Shown here one piece after another: positions 40,701 through 50,762 of a stretch of 64,000 nucleotides of DNA. The DNA is from Azolla caroliniana (Eukaryota > Plantae > Polypodiophyta). The DNA lies in the NCBI GenBank assembly GCA_043228905.1, contig JBHGNT010000020.1, positions 12,152,001-12,216,000 of the forward strand. Reading direction: 5' to 3'. The notes under the pieces are model-generated. The model ran no database searches. It was given only the letters and a program-made list of their open reading frames with translations, and had not been told where the DNA came from. The translations under genes and the position numbers were made by a program. Within the stretch, counting starts at the first letter, position 1, and every line of letters starts with the position of its first letter.

Positions 40701-42298
40701 CCGAATGTTGTCCTGAATTAAAAGTCTTTCAAAAATAAATATCTGTAGCAGTGAAGAAATTATTATAAGACAACAAGAAATTACACGTTCTTTTTGTAAT
40801 GTAATGCTACAATCAACATTGATTAAACATAGCACATCAAGGAATTATATTTTCTTTTCATAATCCAATATTACAAATCAACACAGTATTCAATCAATCA
40901 TAAAATTTCTAGAAACCAGAAAGGAACTAAAAAGCAAAGTTTATTTTCCTTTCTGATTCAAAAAATGAAGACACCTAACATGGATTTCAGAAAATGTTTT
41001 TTTATTTAGAACAATGTAATTTTTATGATGCCGACTTATGAGATTTACCCATTCCATTAGCAAGATTCCAAATTTTTGGAGCCCACTTCAATAAATCTTT
41101 TCTTTTGATTGCCTCTCCTACAACAGGAATTGCTGATTCCACTCCAAAAAATAATATTGCCTTCCAAAAATAAACAGAATCAGAGTCAAATATGAGAATT
41201 GAAAATATGCATAAATGCAACACAACAAAGATTGACGAGAGTGAAGTTAATGGTTCTACTGTAACCTCGAGAACGTGTTCCATCAGCAACAAAGAGATAT
41301 GCATTTCTTCTAAGCATATACATTGCAGAAGACAGCAAAATGTCGCTATTTCCCATATTACATGAACCTGAACAGCTGAAGACTCTCTACACCAAATAGA
41401 AACTAGTTCAATAACAAGGATCGGAATCTTCGAACCTGAAGATATTAAATATAGCAAAAAAAGGCATACTTAAAACTACATGATTATACTAGAAACAGTG
41501 GAAATGGCCCAAATTATTGTGGCACACATATCAACAAACAAGATTATCTCAAGAACCTCCAAACCAAAAGCATCACTGCATAATCCTTGCCTAATAAAAA
41601 CTAGAAAAGGTACATATATTTGAATGCATGATCATCTCTCACAGTTCTAGCACAGATAACATGTGATTAGCAAACATTTCAAGAGACATCGATACTCTGC
41701 GTAGAAAGCGCGATGTAAATCATATCAAGAATATGAAAGTCCAGACTCATTGAATTACATTAACCACAACTAGGAATGAATAGAAAGCTATGAACGGTTA
41801 TGTCAATAGTATAAAAACTATATAGATGTTGAAGAAATTGATGTGCATCTTCATTAAACGACCAAACACACCTAATATCGTAATCAAGAGCGTTAACTTT
41901 ATGCATTTTATACGTTACCCTTTATTTTCAGTACTCAAAATGACTCATTATTTCTTCCTCAGGTTTATAAGTAAAAGAAGACTTGCCTGAAATCACCACC
42001 GAGGAGAGACCGAAAGAAACTAGATTTCCGCATCAAGCTGCAGAAAGGAAAAAGCAAATCAGGAAACTTAAAAAAGAGGAGAAGAAGTTGAAAGACAGGT
42101 ATCGGTGCAGCTGTACATCTGACTTGAAAGGAGGAAACTGAGAGACGTGAAGTTCTCCTGATCAGAGATGCATTCCTCGATCAAAGAAGCCCAACCATGG
42201 CCATCAAGAGATGCAGCGTCGATTAAACGCCCTGTCAAGAAATCCCCACCTTCTTGTTGTGAAACATGGAGAGTAATGACGTCGCTCTCAGCCGCCAT
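19929..42298 (-). CDS. FBL11: BTB/POZ-BACK-LRR protein, FBL11-like (~949 aa, 19 exons)
   Basis: Exons: 42298-42117, 42037-41987, 41386-41266, 41160-41049, 40712-40663, 40233-40145, 37467-37284, 34406-34370, 33919-33750, 32258-31736, 31595-31353, 30693-30548, 30467-30156, 29515-29272, 29182-29127, 23296-23216, 21615-21571, 20223-20152, 20060-19929. They total 2850 nt with consistent phases. Motifs: LMRKSSFFRSLLGGDFRES, AILFFGVE, LTVMSEKALCEIILNW, RMTEHS, RIDLAGCQQIT, LAVGWGFSD, WPGIVSLRLEECG, LSLDMCD, LKITRCK. Confidence 0.88.
22364..22600. repeat. ~131-bp tandem duplication in FBL11 intron
   Basis: TTGAAGA.GGCAATCAGTCGCATTG.ATCAGGTGATT...CAGAAAAC..AGGATGCAC occurs at ~22364 and ~22495. Confidence 0.85.
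23363..25474 (+). mobile_element. 5'-truncated non-LTR retrotransposon (LINE; RT + C-terminal CCHC-like finger, RTEX/CR1-L2-like), frameshifted, flanked by (CT)n
   Basis: Motifs QAGF...TLDHIFTL...CFVDFRKAFDT, GVKQGCPLSPTLF, LLYADDIVL, YTYLGV and LRTSSHQLQIEVARY...ERICQLC...ESEEHYVCHC..FYEIR. The 3' UTR ends in (TTCT)/(CT)n. Confidence 0.92.
25475..26875 (+). mobile_element. Stacked 3'-end fragments of the same and a related LINE family
   Basis: 25475-25660 and 26427-26830 repeat the 3' UTR of the 23363 element. 25690-25900 encodes LRVSSPQVEVENGR...ERICRLYHIEIEDEYHFTCKC from a related subfamily. Confidence 0.8.
26876..27768 (+). mobile_element. Probable LINE 5' end (repetitive 5' UTR + coiled-coil ORF1 fragment with in-frame stops)
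   Basis: Starts after (CT)n and has TTTTCTGCAATGTCTG repeats. A coiled-coil ORF follows: ...LKEEMKKEIEKQKTELYASLK...SWIEVVKKQK. Confidence 0.65.
27769..28702 (-). mobile_element. Second, inverted copy of the same LINE 5' end/ORF1 fragment
   Basis: The minus strand encodes MKKEIEKQKTELYASFKTDLLEEMQKDIISH...SWIEVVKKQKETSKDRMAMMNATLEEEAKRKARVLHV. It is bounded by (GA)n at 28662-28702. Confidence 0.7.
34565..36195 (+). mobile_element. LINE 3' fragment interrupted by a hAT-type MITE
   Basis: 34565-34859 (...CHQGVESKEHYVCHC) and 35681-36195 are collinear with ~24680-25430 of the 23363 element. The fragment ends in a TTCT tail. Confidence 0.85.
34860..35680. mobile_element. Non-autonomous hAT-type element (~821 bp)
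   Basis: Imperfect TIRs CAAGGTTGTTAGGTAC / GTACGTAAACAACCATG. The 8-bp TSD is ACAACCAC (34852-34859) / ACAGCCAC (35681-35688). There are many subterminal TACGT motifs. Confidence 0.85.
37960..40000 (-). mobile_element. Internally deleted, degenerate LINE in FBL11 intron
   Basis: The minus strand has an ORF1-like coiled coil (GWAKVVK, ~39300-39500) and a C-terminal finger FCKLCEAEVESEEHFVCRNSSFNHIREKY (38530-38620). A GA run lies at ~39992. Confidence 0.65.
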
Positions 42299-42351
42299 GG
42301 CTCCTCCTCGCATCATCATCAGCACAACACTCACGTAGACCCTGGATTAAC

Positions 42352-42390
42352 TTTTTATTTATTTATTTATTTCTTTCTTTCTTTCTTTCT

Positions 42391-42449
<59 letters not shown>

Positions 42450-42720
42450 TTTGTTTGTTTGTTTGTTTGTTTGTTTGTTTGTTTGTTTGTTTGTTTGTTT
42501 GTTTGTTTATTTATTTATTTATTTATTTACATATTTATTTATTTATTTACTTATTTATTTATTTACTTTTTATTATCTATTGTCCATTCTTTTTTCTTTT
42601 TTCTTTTTTCTTTTTTCTTTTTTCTTTTTTCTTTTTTCTTTTTTCTTTTTTCTTTTTTCTTTTTCCTTTTTCCTTTTTCCTTTTTCCTTTTTCCTTTTTC
42701 CTTTTGCCTTTTTCCTTTTG
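42352..42720. repeat. Compound microsatellite (TTTA)n-(TTTG)n-(TTTTTTC)n-(TTTTTCC)n immediately upstream of FBL11
   Basis: Directly visible. It explains the F/Y/L-rich ORFs in the ORF track. Confidence 0.95.
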
Positions 42721-45700
42721 ATTGAGATATAACCAGAACCTAGAATGCCTACTTTGCTTGGTTGTCCTTGAACTAATTGAGATTGTTAGCAAGGTTAACA
42801 TGACACAATGTGCTTATTATTTATGATGAATAGGTTGATTACATGTATTTCTTAATTATTTGCTTAATCTTAAATTATCATCTAATAATGTTGAGACCAA
42901 GCGTATATATTATGTAGGTAACCTATTATTCTTAAGATCGCAAAGTATAAGCTTTATCACAACACAACTACTTTAAATTTTATCTACAAGCAATAAGTAT
43001 CGTTCAATTGAATTGGTGGGAACCACTTGAGCGATATATATGATGTAGTAAGGCATGATCCCACACTGTGCTTTAGCATCTAACGTCTTGTTGTTTTCTT
43101 ATTGGAATATGATCTTACAAATTTGGAGATTGAAATAAGAGCGTCTTTTTAGGCTTGGGCCATAAAGAAGCACCTAGGGGTGCTTGTAGATGTGAGTTTG
43201 AAACAGACATAAGAACTCACTGCTTCAACTTGCACCCTTGTTTCAGGGTGAAGACAACTTGTCATCGATTTGTTGTGGATGTGTGGAAAACCTTGTATGA
43301 TGGAGAGTGCAACCTTGTTTTCATTGTTGATTGTCATGTTAGTATTGTTATTGTAAACATGGATATATTTCAAGAACTATGTCGATTGATACTCAAGGAA
43401 GATCTTTACACGACTCCACAAAACATATCATAAAGAAGAGTATTTCAATCTAGAGTAGCTTGCAATAAACATGTAATATTGAGGCATCACATACATATAT
43501 AGATAGTCTCCTTGAAGTTCCAACGATGATTGATTGTTGTCTCCTCTTAATCTTCAATCCTTGTGACTGGCCCCTCTAGTTTGTTTGCCTGCATGCCTAC
43601 ATTGGTCCTAGCTACAATACATTTCTCTTGCAAGCACATCCAAATGGCATTCCACATTTAGCCGGTAAACGAGTCTACATACAATCCACCACCTACAACT
43701 ACCACAAAAAGTAATAATATTTCTGATAATTCAACAAATTACTACAAACCGAAACAAATGATGCAAAAATGGAGATGCATGACGAAAAGGACACAAATAT
43801 GAATGGTTTATACTTGTTTGTTCTACAGTGATAACCTTACAACACATGTGCAAGAGTAGAAAGAAACTACAAAGTCATTGTAGTCAATAGCAAAAGGAGT
43901 ATACCATGCTAACCTTCCTTGGTTGACACATCTTATCAAGTTAGACACCAAAGGGCGCATTAGACTACCCATGGGTATGAAAGCCTTCACAACCTAAGCA
44001 CAATAACGCAATTAACACAAGCATTCTATACCAACTAAGTGAATGATCATCATCTAGGCTTCCCCAACCTTATCTTAGAGTGTTTTGGGTCCCATATTTT
44101 ATGGGCTTGGGAAGTGAAATATCATTTAGTATTGCTTGATCAAAATGTCTCCATCATGGACATTAACGAGACTCCACACCATTTGAAACGCTCACAAGTG
44201 AACAGAAATTGTGATAGCACGCTTAATTGAGGTATTTCATTGCAATAGACCCTCATACGATTGACAAAAAATTAAAATTTTTCACAAAGCAATAGGACAC
44301 TCAAAGGTACTAGGGGGCATAAATATCTAGGATAGCTTCTAAATGCTCTACAAAATGAAGCAATCTTGTCAAGTTTAGTATAAATGGTGGAGAATCGAGA
44401 TGATGGAAAATGTATATATATTGTTGCAAGGGTATGAAAACAGAAAAAGGACTATAATGCAAGGGAACATGTGTAGTGCTTCATTTGTTCATACAGAACC
44501 AGATGATACTATCTTCTTTTAATCTACCCAATGCTTAATTTCCAAACAGTCCCTTTAAGTTGATCTTTTAGTGATAGATAGATAGGCTTTATATGCAACA
44601 TGGAAACTAATTTCGCAGCAAGAAGACTCACTATTATAAGATTATAGCCTCGTGTAAAAGCATCATCTCTTTGGCCAAGATGCTTGGGACTATAGTAGAC
44701 CATTACAATTTAGTAGAAAAATGTATACTCACTTTGTCAACTGTAGCACTTGTGCAATTGTTATTGTAGGTCGGATTGTGAGAAGATCAGTCAAACCCTA
44801 TTCATTCAAGAACTATAACCTAATCTGACTATTACAAATTTCTCATTGCGGTCTATAAAACTTTGCCATCACTCCTACCACAATCTTTAGTAAAGGTTAC
44901 TCAATGAGTATCCGATCCGTGCTCGTAGGGATAAGGAACACAAATTTGGTGACCACATGGTTCTGCAAGAGGCAGCAGACAACAGATGATGGATGTCGTC
45001 TAGACAAACAAACAACCCATTAACTGACTGAGAGAAGAGGTTGCAGAAACAAGAAGAATGCCAACAGGCAATAGAAGAGATCCGGTAAGACTGGTCATTT
45101 TCCAGAAGCCTCCAGAGAATAGTTGAACAGACACCTCAAGTTTCAACTACGGAATCAAAACATTTACAACAGCAAGAGCTCCACGGACCTTGCCGACACC
45201 GAGTCAACATTACACACACTGGAAGAGCAAGAAACCACCTTTGGATAAATTCTCAAATTAAAAAGCAACAAACCTTTCATCAGATTAAGTACTTCAGAAT
45301 TACCATTAACATTTTCCTATGAATCACACTCCATATATCATTTTGCTTGATTAACTGGTTCATATGGAATGCTATTCTGTAGCTTTTCATACTACAATTA
45401 GTTTATTCCATCCATACATATGGCATTATTTGTGCTAACATTACAGTACAATTAAGTGAGATAAATTAGTTCAAAACCTTAACAGGCTCTTCAAGAAATC
45501 GCTCCGAGTCATCAAACCCTGCTTCCAACTTCCAAAAAAAACATAACCATTTAAACACACCAGCACGTAGTAGTATTTCTAGTAATCCTCAATTCATGTT
45601 AAGCTTCCAACAAAAGATTCCACCAGATGAACTCGAATACAATACTCAACTAAAACATATAAACATTTAAATGACCGAAAAGAGGCAAATGAAGCCATAA

Positions 45701-45831
45701 AAATCGATCAAAATTAGCTACATTCTCAAAAACAGTGTTCTAAACTCTTACAAACATGAAAAGGCTGATGTTCTTAACCAAGAGGGGAGGATAATTTAAG
45801 AAGGAAAAACCTTCATAGCCATAGCTATGCC

Positions 45832-47513
45832 CTAATCAAAGAGACTGAAACCCATGTCATCATCAGATTCTTCCTCAGGCTCCGGTTTCTTCTCTTCCAC
45901 AGCCGCTGCTGCAGGTGCAGAAGATTCACTAGCAACAGGAGCTGCAGCTACTGCCGCTACAGCAAACTTAGATGGATCCTATTACACAAAACAAAAGAAT
46001 TGATCATTGACCAAAAAATTGTACTTCATCATATTATAATTTACAAATCAGACTAATTCAATTTTAAACACCTTTAAGAACTCCTTGATTTGCTCAACTT
46101 GTGGGTAAGTATACTCGGTCTCAACTGCAATCGCCACAAGGTTCTTGTAAGCATTTGCAAACATATGTGGGGCAGCGGCCAACGTGGGATAGCTCAGTCC
46201 TAATGAGAGGGCAGCAACCATGGATACTCCAGCTGCAAACTTCTCCATAAGATCATCTTCAGTCAGGTCCAGCACAGCCGGATCAAATGCAGACCCACTG
46301 TCATACACAGTTTGCACAACCAAACCATATGAAAATGGCCTGATCCCAAGTTTTGCTAACAATGCAGCCTCGGAGGATCCCACTTTCTCACCCTTGTGGA
46401 TGAGCTCAACAGGGGCAATAATTTCCACAGTTCCCTTGTTAATCTTGGTGGGAATGTTGAGAACCTACACATAAATATATACATGGCCGAGAGATGTGAG
46501 TTATTCATATTAACATGACAATAGAAAGGAATAAATGAATAGTAAAGGAAGAAGAGAAACAAAACTGTTTTACCTGGAAGAAAGAAGTCTGCGAGGGATC
46601 CAAACCAGTGTTTCCAGGAGGCACAACCACATCGATAGGAGCTACCAGGCCAACTCTAGCAGGTGCTCCAACCTTTTTAGCATCAAATCAATCCAATATT
46701 ACTTGATTGAACAATATCCAACTAATTTTCCATATAATAGAATTAAGGAATGTCAAATTTATTCGTGTAATACCTTGTACTTAGCAACCTCTTCACGTAC
46801 TTCTTTCAAATCACCTTTCGTGAAGATGAGACCAACATTTCCCTGAATTAAATCAAATAGCCAAATTCACAGAAAGCTAACAGAAATCCGGAATTCACTT
46901 TGTAAAGATACTAAAATAAAACAGAATCATAGAGCCGGTTGAATTTATACAAGAGAAGAGAAGGTCATGTGCACCCTACATGACAACACCCTGCATTATT
47001 ACAAACCCTAAAGATGCACATTAGTCGGTTCCACATTCATTTCTGCAGATGCAGGTGATTGATTAAATACTTATATGCAACAAAAAAAAAGGGAGTAAAT
47101 AAGGACAAACAGATTTAGCAGACGGGAAGTGGCCATTCATCTCGACGTTTTCTTAATTCAGAAGAATAACCCATTCATCTTTAAGAAGAATTCAACAGAT
47201 AGATGTATGCAGATATAGGCAGGAAGAACAGTAAATGGGGGGGGAAGAGACTTACAACGAGCAGAGGAATGAGATTCAGCCACTGAGTATCTCCAGTCTT
47301 CTCGCAATAGATACGAATGGTCCTCTTCATCATGGTGTTCTTACCCATGAGGACCACAGAATCGGGCCGGAGACCCTTCCTGATGCCCTGCATCTGCTTC
47401 GAACCCACGTTGTCGGCAGCGCAGATGAGCACGCGCTCGTACTGCTCTAGCAGCTCGCACATCTTCTTGTCATAGTGGACCTTCTTCTCTGCCTTCGTTC
47501 CTTTGAACCCCAT
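45832..47513 (-). CDS. RPP0: 60S acidic ribosomal protein P0 (uL10)
   Basis: Exons 47513-47256, 46842-46774, 46672-46574, 46464-46072 and 45978-45832. Translation: ...[32 protein letters not shown]...[12 protein letters not shown]...[12 protein letters not shown]...[27 protein letters not shown]...[14 protein letters not shown]. Confidence 0.97.
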
Positions 47514-47590
47514 AGCTACGGATACGTCTCTGCGTTGTTTCTTTCTGTCTCTGACTTAGACGAAGAAGAAGAAAAACAGAGTTTCTATGT

Positions 47591-47765
47591 AAACCCTAAT
47601 TCTGACGGGAAAATCGGGGCCAAGCCAGAAAAGGAAACCTCCTGGACAAGGTGGACAGAGCAGAAGAAGCAGCTCTCTGACTCTTTAACCCTAATCTGCT
47701 TCTGCAGGAACACAGGGAGAACAGAGCAAGCCTAGGGTAAAGTTTTGTAAAGAAGAAAACCCTAG
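47591..47765. promoter_or_regulatory. Telo-box motifs in the RPP0 5' region
   Basis: AAACCCTAA at 47591, TAACCCTAA at ~47687 and AAACCCTAG at ~47758. Telo-boxes are established elements of plant ribosomal protein genes. Confidence 0.6.
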
Positions 47766-47778
47766 CTCCCTAAACCCA

Positions 47779-47928
47779 CCAATTAACCATGGTTAACTCT
47801 CTCACCTTGGGTCCAAGGTTAAATTATACCCCCCAATTAACCATGGTTAACTCTCTCACCTTGTGTCCAAGGTTAAATTACACCCTCCAATTAACCATGG
47901 TTAACTCCCTCACCTTGGGTCCAAGGTT
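47779..47928. repeat. 54-bp tandem repeat (~2.8 copies) built from two palindromes
   Basis: Units start at 47779, 47833 and 47887. Each contains TTAACCATGGTTAA and ACCTTG(G/T)GTCCAAGGT. Confidence 0.92.
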
Positions 47929-50762
47929 ATACATATGTAGTATATACCCAACTAATGAAAAGGCTTTGAACTCTCATGCTCCAATGCACTCGCTCAGATT
48001 TTAGATCTCGGAAGAGTATGTGTGTGTTGTGGGCATTATTAACCCACCGGACCTGCATTAACACACCCTAGTGGACAGAAGAGAGACCTGATAGTAAATG
48101 TCTCTCTTCCTTTGATGGTCATACTCCCGCCTGGCCCAGGTCTCAGTAGGATACCCAAAACTTCCTTGTTGGATGGGTCGCTTCCCACACCCACTATAGA
48201 ACAAATAAATTGACAATTTTCTAGTCTTTATGCTTGTTTTGTATAACAGAAGGACTTATACAGGGAATGACCTAACATTTTCAATCATTTTATATCATAA
48301 TGTTGTTCTATTAGTCAAAAGAAGACATAGATCTTCCTCTTATTGACTCGACCTTTGGATTTTCTCATTCTCATGCTAATTAGTGAAGTCTAATGCACCC
48401 ATTGTGTAAAATGATGTACCTAGATCTATTAGTTACCTTAATACCATTTTATGCATCTACTTATGTCCAAAGAACCTTGAAAGTCCCTTACCATTATTGA
48501 GTGAATAGGCTTCAGCCTTCTAAGATAGCCTTTACCTTAACCAAATTCCCACTTTCCTAATATTGTGAGTGAGTAGCATTCCAAATGAAAGTATTAGTGC
48601 ATTTGTTTACATTTTTCCAAACATAACACCAACCACTTGAGATGATTTGTCCTTGTGCCAAAAATGTATAATCATTGAGGGATACATGCGTATGCTTCGA
48701 ATGTCTAGCTCAATTACATCTAGGAGAAGTTGTTGAGGTGATCTTCATCCAATTTCGTCATTACTAAAACCATGATCACCCACAATTTAATGACAAACGT
48801 CATTTTCTCCAGATCATGAATTGCCATCTAGATTTGGTTGTACCCATTTAAGCCATCACAAAACTACATGCGTTGTGGTTCAACATTGTAATTTCATCTC
48901 TAAATGGTAGTAGAAATGGGTTGCCATAGGGTTGCCACACTTAGCTTCCCATAGTTCATATATGAAGTTTTCATTTTTCAATTGGGCCTACAATTATGGG
49001 GTTTCACCATTGTTTTTTGTTTTATCAAAGTGATGAACTATATCTACAACAACTAGCTACTTTATTCTTTTGTGCTTCTAAATTATATTTCTATATCCCA
49101 TACAAAAATAGCCTAAATGAGGATGAATTACAAGAAACGCACCTACATTACAACTTACAAGCAACAACTCAATATACATGTAAACTAGATATATTCTCCT
49201 AAATATCCCCCATGTGTATGGATGTAAAGATCACCTTGAGTGAAAAATTAAGGTTGTCTAGTATGGATCAATTGGGAGTGATAAATGACTTGCTTTCAAA
49301 TTAGTTATACGCCATTGTAGAGGATGCATAGTTTGATAATACATCTACATCAGATGCAAGTAGCAAGGATATAAGGTTATAGCCTTCCTTAGATGCTACT
49401 CCAACCAACCCTCTCTTAAGGTAGACTTGTTCCACTAGAGACACCCATATTGTGGTATTGTATTTGCTTCCAAACAAATGATTTTTGCATGTTCCAAACA
49501 ATAGATATTGCACTCTGTCAATTCAAAGATAGAAAAGTCTGGTTTAACCCCTTTCAATTGGAAATGCCAAAAGAGGTAATAACCAAGATTAACAAAGATT
49601 TGTGAATCCGCAAAGCATTGTTCATATCAATGCAGCATAACAAATATTAGGAATGACATATGATGCATAAGTAAGTCATGCCTTCCTTTTACTTCAAGGA
49701 ATCATGAAAACAGCTTCCATTATTTTGTCATGCCTTGAATTGTATGTATTCATTTTGCAATAGAAAATGTGGTCGCACACACAAGAGAATTAATCCACTT
49801 GTTAAGTACTTGCCATACGTAACACAAATCATGAAAATATCAATGCCAACATAGACATTGAGCTCATCTACACTTAAGGGAAAAAGTGGTAAAACTCCTC
49901 TCAAACTTTAGGCCAAAGGGCTATTCCAATCCATCACAACTTGGTAATAACTAAGTCTTCACTGGATCTCAAAGTCATGTGGTTTCATTCATTCACTACT
50001 TAAGATTGTGGCTATTTAGTCAGTCTCAAAAGTAAAAACAAATCACAGAGTATTGCTAATAGAATAGCCCCAAGCCGAGAAATAACCTGTAAAAAAAATT
50101 CTATTATCCCAAGTCGCACATAAAAGCAAAATATGTACATAAAAACCCATTGATATGACAAAAATAGAGATCCCCTAAAACACCCCAAGATCCACTTCAT
50201 GAGTTGTCAATTAGCCTCATCTCCCAATTCATCTTCAAACCAAACAATCTCTGGACACGGCATATTTAGACAAACTACATGCCATACAATCTGTTGTCCA
50301 TCGTAAACAATAGCAGTAAAGTCATTGACACAAAAATGAAGATATGGCTTGAATTCACCCATATTGTAGTCATGATTTGTCTCATAAGCCAATTTCAATC
50401 TCTAGTAGGCATGACTCTCTCTCTCTCTCTAATGCCATTTATTGTTTTGCCCAATTAGGCAAGCAGAGAAAAATAGGACTTGTTCATTTGACACAAGCAC
50501 CATCATAATAACTTCACTTTATGTAGCAATCTGGAAATAGAAAGTTCTGAAGGAAAATATCGTACAAAATTAGATTAGTCTTTACTGGTTTAACATAATC
50601 GTCAGCACTATTATCTAACTTATAATATAAATTTATATATATATATATATGCATACCAATATACATATATCACATTTTGTTGTTTATACAGTGATACAAC
50701 ATGTTTTCTCATTCTATTTCATTACCAAGTGACAAACTTGGACATCTATATTGGAGCTATGT

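Noticed and set aside
42266-42801. F/Y/L-rich and K-rich ORFs
   Set aside because: Artefacts of the compound microsatellite.
42900-45300. Possible TE remnant or extra RPP0 3' UTR exons
   Set aside because: I could not support any recognisable protein motifs or boundaries.
46843-47255. Intronic snoRNA in RPP0 intron 1
   Set aside because: No convincing C/D or H/ACA box arrangement was seen.
47779-47928. CRISPR-like appearance of palindromic repeats
   Set aside because: There are no unique spacers or cas genes and the context is eukaryotic. It is a simple tandem repeat.
48000-50700. Search for DeCL or WG/GW CTD exons downstream of the polymerase stop
   Set aside because: I recognised no HP..KIG.G, SRCF or EDFSY..C motif and no GW repeats on the minus strand. 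The short ORFs there look non-coding. This absence was judged by eye only.
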